Assembly: GCA_947625185.1 (NCBI GenBank)
Contig: CANQNJ010000002.1
Location: 3,267 to 67,266 of the forward strand
Length of the DNA: 64,000 nucleotides
Reading direction: 5' to 3'
Source of the DNA: an uncultured Clostridia bacterium
GTDB taxonomy: Bacteria > Bacillota > Clostridia > Christensenellales > CAG-314
A model generated the notes under the pieces. That model was not told the origin of the DNA. It did not search any database and was given only the letters and a program-made list of their open reading frames with translations. A program made the position numbers and the translations under genes. This document shows positions 17,072 to 25,541 of the stretch, piece by piece (position 1 is the stretch's first letter; each line of letters starts with the position of its first letter).

Positions 17072-17965
17072 TTAAGCAGTATTACTGCGTTTATCAATGT
17101 CAGGTCTAATTGCTACGATAAAGTGGATTTTTTTATTATCACATGCATTGGAAAGTCTATAAAGTACTTTTATAAAATTATCTATAAGATTCTCCTTCTC
17201 GGCTTTGTCCATTTCTATTCTATCTAAGTCTTCAATCAAAATTATTCTATTTTTACTTTTATTTTTGCAAATTGTATCCACTATTTCTTGATAAATCGAA
17301 AATATATCGCTACTATCTAGTTTTCTATGTCCCTCACTTTTCCATGTGGAAAATGCAACGTTATATTTTTTTAGACCGATAACCAAAAATATAATTGACA
17401 TAGCATAAAATAACGGATATATATCTATCTTTAATAAAAATTGCCATCCATTCCAAATAGTTTCTAAATACGGGATATCCACTGTTGTCATATGGAAAAT
17501 CAATCCAATGACAAAAGATAACAAGGCTAACGATAAAAGCCCCCAGATCTTTTTAGAACTAAAAGTTATGGATAGCAAGCCACTATTACCGCTAAGTCTT
17601 TTATTTACGTATTTTACTAAGTCTCTGTCTTCACTGTTTTTCGCAAGTTGAAATAAAAACGACTTTTCTAACCGTAATTCTTGAGATTCTACATCCTCAT
17701 TGTCTTGTTGTTGCAACCCATCCCACATATTAATTTTAATGGTTTTACCGTACTTATCAGTGTTGGCGGTCAACATACCTACCATGCTTGATTTTCCATA
17801 GCCATAATCGCCAATTAACCCAATCATTTTTGCGCCCGAGTCTATAGCATCGTCCAACGCATCCCTTTGAGCCTGAAAACCAATGTGATCTTGATTTTCT
17901 TCATTGATCTCATGATTAACATACGAATAGCTACTCTTCTGACCATTCTTTTGTTTTTTTACCAT
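17072..17965 (-). CDS. KAP-family P-loop NTPase, N-terminal module with TM helices inserted in the NTPase domain
   Basis: Walker A GDYGYGKSS, then two hydrophobic helices (IWGLLSLALLSFVIGLIF and IYPLFYAMSIIFLVIGL), then Walker B RIILIEDLDR. This matches the KAP architecture. Start moved to ATG 17965, 5 nt after GGAGG. Confidence 0.7.
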   Translation of the reverse strand: MVKKQKNGQKSSYSYVNHEINEENQDHIGFQAQRDALDDAIDSGAKMIGLIGDYGYGKSSMVGMLTANTDKYGKTIKINMWDGLQQQDNEDVESQELRLEKSFLFQLAKNSEDRDLVKYVNKRLSGNSGLLSITFSSKKIWGLLSLALLSFVIGLIFHMTTVDIPYLETIWNGWQFLLKIDIYPLFYAMSIIFLVIGLKKYNVAFSTWKSEGHRKLDSSDIFSIYQEIVDTICKNKSKNRIILIEDLDRIEMDKAEKENLIDNFIKVLYRLSNACDNKKIHFIVAIRPDIDKRSNTA

Positions 17966-18009
17966 TCTATCCTCCGTACAATAATTGTTGAAACTGTTTT
18001 TTTTAGAAT

Positions 18010-18639
18010 TCACCTCTCAATTATTTTATTGATATTGCAAATCCACTTAGAATTGCCAGACTCCAACGCATTGAATAATTGCAAAACGTTGCTACTTGGC
18101 ACAAAGGTGTATGTATCTTTCAACCGCACCAAACGTCGTTTCATTTCCGCGTAATTTTGCGATGTAATTTTATTTACGATTGCCTTGCGTTGCTGTTCAG
18201 TTGCGTTATAATCTTTCACGCCCGTCAATCGCTCCACCGTTGCAGCGTTATCAGTTTTGCTATTGGAGATCAATTTGACCGCATCGAAATGCAGCAACAC
18301 CACTTGCAACGTACAAGGATTGACGAAGAATACAACTTGATCCGCTACACCTTTATCGTGAAATTTATCTATCTTTTGTTTCATTGCAACAAACTGGTTA
18401 TACGGATACTTTTCGGTATCGCAAAAAATCACAATCAACTTGTAGTTGTTTGTTTTATAGTAATATGAGTACATCGCAGAGATATTGCTTATAGATTTGG
18501 CATCTTTTGTATGAACCGAAAAATTTTTGCTCCACACACCGCAAGCTTTCAATCGATTGATATAGTCGCATTCCTCTGCACCCTCACATACGATAAGAAC
18601 ATTATTCTCATTGCTCGCGTTAGGTAATTTGTTCGCCAT
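18010..18639 (-). CDS. RloB-like / TOPRIM-like protein (AbiLii-like)
   Basis: N-terminal NVLIVCEGAEECDYINRL resembles the RloB signature (hhhhCEGxxxExxY), and VIFCDTEKY is a later acidic patch. Start at ATG 18639, 1 nt after the stop of the ATPase gene. The stop overlaps the long-ORF GTG of the next gene. Confidence 0.6.
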   Translation of the reverse strand: MANKLPNASNENNVLIVCEGAEECDYINRLKACGVWSKNFSVHTKDAKSISNISAMYSYYYKTNNYKLIVIFCDTEKYPYNQFVAMKQKIDKFHDKGVADQVVFFVNPCTLQVVLLHFDAVKLISNSKTDNAATVERLTGVKDYNATEQQRKAIVNKITSQNYAEMKRRLVRLKDTYTFVPSSNVLQLFNALESGNSKWICNINKIIER

Positions 18640-18640
18640 T

Positions 18641-19936
18641 TCAATTACCCCCGTTACTTCTTGTGTCACTCAAAAGTATGGATATCATATCGGGTTCCGG
18701 TAGCGCCCCCAACACCCCCGAATTATATCTATCAAACACATCTGTTTCCGAACGAATTTTATCTTCTTTTGCAGTAAACTCCGCTAATGAATATAGGTAT
18801 TCATTTTCGCTATCTTTGGATGCAAACCAAATTTGATCTTTACGGAATAATTTTTTACAATCTAACAATGTCGCATCGTGCGCTGTAAATATCAACTGCG
18901 CTTTTACATTCAATTCATTGTTAAACAATGCAACAATAGCTCGTGTAAGTCTGAAATGCAAACTGCTGTCCAATGCATCTACTACAAGAGTTTTTCCTTC
19001 ATCTAATGCTTCTACAATATAACTCGCAATTGACACAATCTTTTTCGTCCCGGTTGAATCAAAAGAAAAACTTTGCACCGATTTACCCTTATGAACAGAT
19101 GTCAACCGCAACATATCTCCAATAGCTACTTTTAATTTGAGAACCTCCTCTCTTGGATTGGGGGCTTCTTCCTCATTGGTAATACCTATTGCTCCGGACT
19201 TTGAACTATCTGCATAATATAGAAAATCATCTATATCCAAATCTGCAAGACGAATAAGCTCCACGGTTTTTTCTTTAATTTTTTCATTATTCTTCAAAAC
19301 ATCAATTGTTCTGTTGATTGGTATATTATTCATATCAAGTACCGTGATACTATCTGCGAATTTACGCAAAATATCTTTATATTCGCCTATCTTAGAAAGA
19401 ATAGAAGTATTTACTGTATATATTAGAATATTATCATTTGACACAAGACTTAAAATTTTGCTTAATTCATCATCCTCATGAAAACGATAAATACCATTTA
19501 TAACATCTCGTATAAACAATTCTTTAATTGAAATGTTCTTATGAGATTCAAACGTCAGCTCTTTTAAGCACTCATATACAAAGCCTCTTTTATAACCGTT
19601 CAAAAGCGTAGAATCATATTTAAAATCATATTCAAATACTCTATCGCATTCCATGAATGTTACGCCAAATGAGCATACTTTGTCATTTCTGAATATATTT
19701 GACGGCACCTCGGCAACTAAACCAAGTAACACATTCTTTATGGAGTTAATTGCACGAACAAGGCAAGTCTTGCCGGAATTGTTTGCACCGTAAACACAAA
19801 GGGATTTCAACACGTTAAAACCCATATTTTCATACACGTTATCTGCAAATCTCTTTATCCGCATATCTGCAATCAAAGATAATTCCACATCATTAGAGTA
19901 AACCAAAAAATTGTCAACACGGACTTTTATTAGCAT
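18641..19936 (-). CDS. AAA_15/AAA_21-type (ABC-like) ATPase (AbiLi/RloA-like)
   Basis: Walker A GANNSGKT, signature-like FDSTGTKKIVSIASYI, Walker B TLVVDALDSSLH and H-loop FTAHD. Confidence 0.8.
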   Translation of the reverse strand: MLIKVRVDNFLVYSNDVELSLIADMRIKRFADNVYENMGFNVLKSLCVYGANNSGKTCLVRAINSIKNVLLGLVAEVPSNIFRNDKVCSFGVTFMECDRVFEYDFKYDSTLLNGYKRGFVYECLKELTFESHKNISIKELFIRDVINGIYRFHEDDELSKILSLVSNDNILIYTVNTSILSKIGEYKDILRKFADSITVLDMNNIPINRTIDVLKNNEKIKEKTVELIRLADLDIDDFLYYADSSKSGAIGITNEEEAPNPREEVLKLKVAIGDMLRLTSVHKGKSVQSFSFDSTGTKKIVSIASYIVEALDEGKTLVVDALDSSLHFRLTRAIVALFNNELNVKAQLIFTAHDATLLDCKKLFRKDQIWFASKDSENEYLYSLAEFTAKEDKIRSETDVFDRYNSGVLGALPEPDMISILLSDTRSNGGN

Positions 19937-19990
19937 ATCTTTACTTGCTCCTTTTTATTTTCAATATATAGTATAGCATAGCAATATTTT

Positions 19991-20011
19991 TTGTGCAAGT
20001 TTTTTGCACAA
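19991..20011. promoter_or_regulatory. perfect 8-bp-arm palindrome TTGTGCAA-n5-TTGCACAA in the divergent promoter region
   Basis: Seen between the ATPase operon start (19936) and the SpeE-like gene start (20174). Possibly an operator. Confidence 0.3.
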
Positions 20012-20173
20012 TTTCCACAAACAAATTATGCCAACTTTATCATCAAATAAAACCACTATTCTAAAATTAACTTTATAATTTTTTTACGATACATAAACCA
20101 ATTTGTGTAGCGTCAGTATACCTACAATAACTCTTTATTATTTTATGCAAATGATACGAGAGGAGAATGTGTT

Positions 20174-21022
20174 TTGTTTTACTATGAAAAAGAACCTATA
20201 AGCATTTATTTGCAAAATTTGGAAAAACTTGCGACAATAAATTCTTCCAAACAAACCATTGAACTGTTTAACCATATTTACCTAGGTAAAGTGTTAATAA
20301 TCAACGGTGAGATACAACACATTGAAAAGTACCAATCCCTATATCATGAAATGCTTGTTCATTTGCCAATAGCTTTTATCCCAAATGTTAAAAATGTCCT
20401 TATAATAGGGGGAGGGTCGTTGTTTGCCGCCTTTGAAGCATTAAAATACTCTTCTGTTGAAAGTGTTACTTTGTGCGACCATGATCATTATGTTTTAGAT
20501 TTAATGGCAAAGTATTATTCACACGCGAAGTATGTTCTTCAGTCCCCAAAGTTTATGTTAATAGAAAAAGATGCTCATGATTTTTTGATTGAAGATTTCG
20601 GTACATATGATTTAATAATTAATGACTGCTTTAATTTAGCGATGGAGGGCAAGAGAAAAAAAATTTCATATTATAATATTTTATCTTCGCATCTAACTCC
20701 GACAGGAGCATGTTCCGATATTACATATAGGCATATTTTCGATGAAGCGACTATGCAACTTACATTGGAGCAGGTGTCTCGCGAATCGTATAGGGCTTAT
20801 TCATTGGTGACTGTACCAGAATATCCCGGAATTTTACATCTCCAAGTAATATGGGGGAAGTCTGATAAAATTCGCTCAGACATTTCCATACCTGTAAACG
20901 ATATACAGCGAGATGGTATTATGAAGAAAAAGCCTTTTAATACAGAGTTCTATATGCCCTCATGCTTGCCTTACTATTTACATATTCCAAACTATGTAAA
21001 AAAACTATTTAATAAAATTTGA
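20174..21022 (+). CDS. spermidine synthase-like (SpeE-fold) protein, divergent
   Basis: YHEMLVHLPIAFIPNVKNVLIIGGGSLFAAFEALKY...VTLCDHD...YDLIINDCFN parallels SpeE, but GGGDGG is replaced by GGGSLF and DSTDP by NDCFN. TTG start 7 nt after GAGAGGAGAA. Confidence 0.6.
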   Translation: MFYYEKEPISIYLQNLEKLATINSSKQTIELFNHIYLGKVLIINGEIQHIEKYQSLYHEMLVHLPIAFIPNVKNVLIIGGGSLFAAFEALKYSSVESVTLCDHDHYVLDLMAKYYSHAKYVLQSPKFMLIEKDAHDFLIEDFGTYDLIINDCFNLAMEGKRKKISYYNILSSHLTPTGACSDITYRHIFDEATMQLTLEQVSRESYRAYSLVTVPEYPGILHLQVIWGKSDKIRSDISIPVNDIQRDGIMKKKPFNTEFYMPSCLPYYLHIPNYVKKLFNKI

Positions 21023-21862
21023 GGTAAAACTTAGTTCTTCTGAGGGACACTTGATTGCATCATAGAATACCTCAACATTCTTCCAAAGTGGAGACCTTAA
21101 AATTTTGTCGTTACATCTTGTCAGCTCCTCTTTATTGTTAATATATCCATATTGAACAATAAATGGTTCTTTCGGGTGGTTTGTTGCTGCCCAAGGAGAA
21201 CCCAGAAGCGAACAATTTGACCGATCATTATTTCTATAGAGCTGAATTTTATTGATTTTTATATAAGGAATACTTTTATAATTATCTGTCTCTAAATTGA
21301 TGCCTGCCGCAAGAAACATACTTCGAGCAATATGGCTATGCTGCGTGGGACAATAAGACAACGTACCCTTTAACCTTACTGGACATCCAAAAAAATCCTC
21401 ATTAAAGAAATGTGGGATTTCCTTTAAAAGATATTGGGTGGGAATTACTCCTAAAATCCCTTCTCCGATATATCCATATCGAGCATAAATTCCTACTAAG
21501 GTTTCTCCATTAAGTGACCCTGTGCGGATTGTGTCATCGGACCCAGCATAGAATTCCAATTTACTATATTGCTGTGAAGTGATCTTCCCTTCAAAGTCAT
21601 AAAGTGTATTCCACCTTTTTCCGTTTTCAAACGGATTGCGGGGAAACAACTGTATATACGGCGACAGAAGACCATCTAATGCCAATGAAGCGCCTTCACC
21701 GATCATTTTTTGATCTATTCCCCTAAACCAAAGATCCATAGGACCCTCGTAAGTGTTTTCCTTAAAGTATTTTTCATATATTTTTTTCCCAAAATATGAT
21801 CCCAAGGCTCCCACAAAAGTTTGGCCGGCGGCTATGAGCAAAGAAAGAATATTTGAATCCAT
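21005..21862 (-). CDS. hypothetical protein with an N-terminal TM helix
   Basis: 285 aa counted from ATG 21862 (GGAGA RBS). No recognisable motif. Its 3' end overlaps the 3' end of the convergent SpeE-like gene by 18 bp. Confidence 0.5.
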   Translation of the reverse strand: MDSNILSLLIAAGQTFVGALGSYFGKKIYEKYFKENTYEGPMDLWFRGIDQKMIGEGASLALDGLLSPYIQLFPRNPFENGKRWNTLYDFEGKITSQQYSKLEFYAGSDDTIRTGSLNGETLVGIYARYGYIGEGILGVIPTQYLLKEIPHFFNEDFFGCPVRLKGTLSYCPTQHSHIARSMFLAAGINLETDNYKSIPYIKINKIQLYRNNDRSNCSLLGSPWAATNHPKEPFIVQYGYINNKEELTRCNDKILRSPLWKNVEVFYDAIKCPSEELSFTSNFIK

Positions 21863-21953
21863 ATCATCTCCCAATAATAATAAAGAGTTATTGTAATTAT
21901 TTTACCATATTTTTCCGTGCTTTTCAACCTAATATGACAAAAAATTACATCCC

Positions 21954-23042
21954 TCAAATAACATTTTTGATCAATTCTACAATATCTGCCGTCTTCCACT
22001 TTGCGAGTCCGACATAGGCTGCAAGGTCGAGAAGATCTTTTTCTGTGGGGGTTGGGTTCCCCATCACGGTCATTTCATGTTCGGACTTGTTAATAGTTTT
22101 CGTCAAATCGTATGCAGGAGATAATCTGTATCCGTTGAGAGTCTCACCGTATACAAAAGAAAAATTTTTTCCGTGGTCGTCCTTGTTGCCGTACAACACA
22201 TTGAACGCCATGCGAGCAAAAGCTTCGTATAGGTCGCTCTTATCTGCGCAGATGTTTTGAACCACTTGAAAGAGATGCACATAGTCCAGGTTGGGAATTC
22301 TATGCGTCGTTTCCAAAATGGACGACAAAGAAACGACATGTATTCTCTTGCCAGCTTTGCGATCAAAACGTTTTGCACCAAAATAACCCGCACAACGCTT
22401 TGACGGAAACAATTTGAATTCGTTTACATCCAGTCCACACCTTTGAGCTGCGGAATTTGCTTCAAATTCGGCAAGCCCCGCATCCGGTGGGTCGATTCGA
22501 CACGGAAATTTGACGATCCAATCTTCGCCATCCACTTTTATGTGCGCTTTGGGACGCGCTCCACCACTTGAACCGCCCAACAAAAACAAGCTATCCAACT
22601 CGTCAATCGGCTTTGCGTCATTCAAAACAGCGTTTGCTTCTTCCGCAAGCTCTTCCAAGTCGAAGTGGGAGTCATCTGCTTCCGTCGCTTGCGTCGGTTC
22701 ATAGGTCAAGCCACCAAGTCCGTTTTCGCCAATGAGAGACAGCTTGGTGAGCGGATTGAGCCTATCGTAGTTTACGCCCTTTTGCGCAAGCATACGCTTG
22801 ACCAACAACTCACCCCATCCATCGGGGAGCGAGTCGTGAAAAACGCCGTATAGCCCTTCAAAATTATACTTTCGGTTAATGTAAATTTTGTCGGCAATGG
22901 GGAGCGAAAAAGGGGATATGGAAAACCCGTTTCGCTGCCACTCGTCGCTGTATTGAAAGGCAATTCCTTCGTTCGTCATTGCAAGATAGCCGACCGTTCG
23001 ACCGTTATATTTAACAATGGATTTAGTAACTTCACCGACCAT
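21954..23042 (-). CDS. hipA: HipA family serine/threonine kinase toxin
   Basis: GGSSGGARPKAHI (P-loop) and YGNKDDHGKNFSF (catalytic D-x-H-x-K-N). Start set at MVGEVTK (23042), overlapping the hipB stop by 11 nt. Confidence 0.85.
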   Translation of the reverse strand: MVGEVTKSIVKYNGRTVGYLAMTNEGIAFQYSDEWQRNGFSISPFSLPIADKIYINRKYNFEGLYGVFHDSLPDGWGELLVKRMLAQKGVNYDRLNPLTKLSLIGENGLGGLTYEPTQATEADDSHFDLEELAEEANAVLNDAKPIDELDSLFLLGGSSGGARPKAHIKVDGEDWIVKFPCRIDPPDAGLAEFEANSAAQRCGLDVNEFKLFPSKRCAGYFGAKRFDRKAGKRIHVVSLSSILETTHRIPNLDYVHLFQVVQNICADKSDLYEAFARMAFNVLYGNKDDHGKNFSFVYGETLNGYRLSPAYDLTKTINKSEHEMTVMGNPTPTEKDLLDLAAYVGLAKWKTADIVELIKNVI

Positions 23043-23325
23043 TTTTGTAATCCTTGACGCTGGTAATAATCTCGTGTTTGAAAAGTTCTTCAAAATCCGC
23101 AAGACAACCAATGGCATTTGCAAGCTTGACAAGCGAATGTAACGAAATCTCCCCCGTCTGTTCAAACCTGCGAATTGAAGAATAAGTAACCCCCGAACAT
23201 TTCGCAAGCTTTACCTGAGAAAGTTTCATCTCCTTTCGTCTCATTCTGAACCGTGCCGCCAAATTGTCTAACGTTGTTTTTTCTGTCAGCGTGGGGATAA
23301 ATTCCCCTATATCAAATTTGTTCAT
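23032..23325 (-). CDS. hipB: XRE/HipB-type HTH antitoxin
   Basis: 97 aa. LSQVKLAKCSGVTYSSIRRFEQTGEISLHSLVKLANAIG is an HTH_3 motif. It lies immediately upstream of hipA and overlaps it. Confidence 0.8.
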   Translation of the reverse strand: MNKFDIGEFIPTLTEKTTLDNLAARFRMRRKEMKLSQVKLAKCSGVTYSSIRRFEQTGEISLHSLVKLANAIGCLADFEELFKHEIITSVKDYKNGR

Positions 23326-23327
23326 AG

Positions 23328-23375
23328 TGCTAATATTTTAGCATACTATGCGTCTTTTGTCAACTTAGTGCTAAA
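23328..23375 (-). promoter_or_regulatory. hipBA promoter TTGACA-17-TGcTAAAAT with overlapping palindromic operator; near-leaderless hipB
   Basis: The reverse complement reads TTGACAaaagacgcatagtatgcTAAAATattagcactATG. Palindrome TGCTAA-n4-TTAGCA at 23328-23343, and the half-site GTGCTAA repeats at about 23368. Confidence 0.45.
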
Positions 23376-23451
23376 ATATTGGTTATTTGTAATTTCATCA
23401 TCAAATTACAATAGCTATTGATTATTTTGAGTATTTACAATTAGATAGTAT

Positions 23452-23473
23452 AAAAAAACAGGCAGATGCCTGT
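23452..23473 (-). terminator. terminator about 270 nt downstream of spoIVB, inside the island's right end
   Basis: ACAGGCagatGCCTGT, preceded on plus by an A-run (a T-run on minus). Confidence 0.45.
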
Positions 23474-23740
23474 TCTCTATTTATCAATGCGATTCGTCAC
23501 ATAATCAATTAACTTTATCTGCTTTATCCGGCTATTTATATTTTCGGCAAGGTTTCGATCTCAATTTTCTGCCAACGTTGCACGGCTTGGGTAAACGCTT
23601 AATTTATAACTCCATTCTGATGTTTCCGTTATGTTGTGTATAGTCAACATCGGTAGATTCAGTTATCTTTTAAGACTGTCGATTTTATGTCATATTTTCA
23701 AAACGCGTAGTTCTATCATATCGTCAAATCAACGAATAAT

Positions 23741-23812
23741 TTAATTTGTCAACATCCACTTGGCGTACATGCCGTACCCGCGCGTCGGGTCGTTGACAAA
23801 CACATGAGTAAC
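23741..23812. repeat. direct repeat B (the functional 3' end of spoIVB)
   Basis: 72 bp, matching 12653-12724 at 71 of 72 positions. Confidence 0.9.
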
Positions 23813-24832
23813 CGCGCCGACAAGTTTGCCGTTCTGCACTATCGGACTGCCGCTCATCCCCTGAACGATACCGCCCGTTTTTTCAAGCAAAGTCTTGTCC
23901 GTAACGTGCAGCACCATCCCCTTGTCGTCACGCGCAGTTTGAGGGGACGCCTTTACGATCTCAATATCGTAGGCGCGACGCTCATTGTCATCAAGAGTAC
24001 AATAAATTTGCGCCTTACCCGGTCTGACCTCATTTATATCCGCAACGGGGATGGTTTCCGTACAATATTGCGGAATTGTGTTGAAGCTTCCGAATGCGCC
24101 GTATTTATTGTTCGCATAAATATTGCCGATACGTTTGTCAAAACAAAATCCGCCTTTCAACTCGCCGGCGGCGCCCTTTTGCCCTTTCTCTATACCGTCT
24201 ATCGTACACCCGAAAACGCCGCCGTTTCTACAAGATATTATTGCTCCCTTAGAGTCGCATATGGGATGTCCGAGGCTGCCGAAGTTAAGATTTTTACGCA
24301 CATAAGTCAACGTGCCGATACCGCTGGACGAATCACGAGTCCACAGCCCGAGCCTGTACTGCCCTGCCGTGAGATCTTTTTGAGGTAAAATGGTAGATTC
24401 GTTGACGATCCCGTCCCGCATATATTTTATGGTTATTTGTTTTCCCTCGGATTGCCGCGCGATCTCCGACAGTTTTGCCGAGTTGTATATTTTTCTGCCG
24501 TCAAGTTCCACTATTACGTCATTTATTTCTATCCCGGAGTCCAATGCAGGGCAGCAGAGATTGCCGTCTTCGCAAATAAACTCATTCAAACCTATCACCG
24601 TCACTCCATCTCCGTCGATCGTGATCCCAAGCGGATATCCTCCAAGGTACACCTCTTCGTCTATCTTCGCGACAGTCTTGCCGCCGAACAACTCTCCGAC
24701 GTCATCCAAAAATTCGCCTATATCTTCACCGCCGAAAGCGCTTGCCGTCTGCACGACGCGATCGTCGGCAGGAAATAGGAAAAACGCCTGTAACAACAAA
24801 ATAACGAGCAGTATCAAAAGGGATTTTTTCAT
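23741..24832 (-). CDS. spoIVB: SpoIVB peptidase (S55) with PDZ domain
   Basis: GIVQGMSGSPIVQNGKLVGAVTHVFVNDPTRGYG (catalytic Ser context), PDZ-like GIEINDVIVELDG, and a position downstream of recN as in Bacillus. Start set at ATG 24832 (MKKSLL). Confidence 0.85.
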   Translation of the reverse strand: MKKSLLILLVILLLQAFFLFPADDRVVQTASAFGGEDIGEFLDDVGELFGGKTVAKIDEEVYLGGYPLGITIDGDGVTVIGLNEFICEDGNLCCPALDSGIEINDVIVELDGRKIYNSAKLSEIARQSEGKQITIKYMRDGIVNESTILPQKDLTAGQYRLGLWTRDSSSGIGTLTYVRKNLNFGSLGHPICDSKGAIISCRNGGVFGCTIDGIEKGQKGAAGELKGGFCFDKRIGNIYANNKYGAFGSFNTIPQYCTETIPVADINEVRPGKAQIYCTLDDNERRAYDIEIVKASPQTARDDKGMVLHVTDKTLLEKTGGIVQGMSGSPIVQNGKLVGAVTHVFVNDPTRGYGMYAKWMLTN

Positions 24833-25283
24833 ATTCACCTCAAATTACTAAGCGTAGTTTGTGAAATATAAAGCCTATTATACATTGCCGAGCGCGCTCC
24901 GAAACGTTTGCCGCGCAGCCTTCCACAAACAGCAATCTCGCCTCTGCAAAGACTCGCCGTCAAAATCCGCCGACGTAAAAATTATCATCGGATCGTTGCT
25001 TTTGGGGAACTCAAATGCGTGTTCTGTCCGCCACGGAGAAATAACATACGCTTATATGCGATTTCGATAACTCTCTGACAAAAATGGCAATTTCAGTGTA
25101 TAAGTTCCGTATCATTCCGTTTTGCAAAAGCTGTGACCGGCCGTAAACATTCTCGCGCCATAGCTATTTTGGGGCAGGGAGGTCTCCGTCGGCAATTGAT
25201 AAATATATTTACCTGATTGACAAATATCTTTTCTTGATTTTTGGCAGACCTCGTGTAATAATGAGCAAAAAGGAGTTTACCGT

Positions 25284-25529
25284 ATGAAAAGACTTAACCT
25301 CGCTTTTGGCATAATAACGCTTGTCGTAATAGTTTGCGGTCTGATTCACGGCGGCGCCGCCTGGATCGTTGCCGAAACCACTTGGGATCCTTATACGACA
25401 AGTTTTCCCACTTGGGGTGCATTTGTATTGCCGATTATTTGTTACGGCGTCATCACTATGATAGTATTGATCGCGTGGCTTATCGCGTTTCTCGCACTAC
25501 GCGGCATTGACAAAAGACGTTCAAAGTAA
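25284..25529 (+). CDS. small membrane protein (2-3 TM), hypothetical
   Basis: 81-aa ORF with an AAAGGAG RBS and hydrophobic segments. Confidence 0.5.
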   Translation: MKRLNLAFGIITLVVIVCGLIHGGAAWIVAETTWDPYTTSFPTWGAFVLPIICYGVITMIVLIAWLIAFLALRGIDKRRSK

Positions 25530-25541
25530 TATAATTCCAAT

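Larger units (their letters stand above)
12725..23740. mobile_element. about 11-kb AT-rich genomic (defence/toxin) island inserted at the 3' end of spoIVB
   Basis: Bounded by the 72-bp direct repeats. By eye its base composition is much more AT-rich than the flanks, and its cargo is toxin-antitoxin and NTPase/nuclease genes. No recombinase lies inside; a tyrosine recombinase sits 243 bp outside repeat A. Confidence 0.6.

Noticed and set aside
17072-17074. The in-frame TAA considered as evidence of a recoded genetic code.
   Set aside because: Many well-supported genes in the window terminate with TAA (for example spoIVB, the PolC-like gene and oapA), so TAA is a normal stop here.
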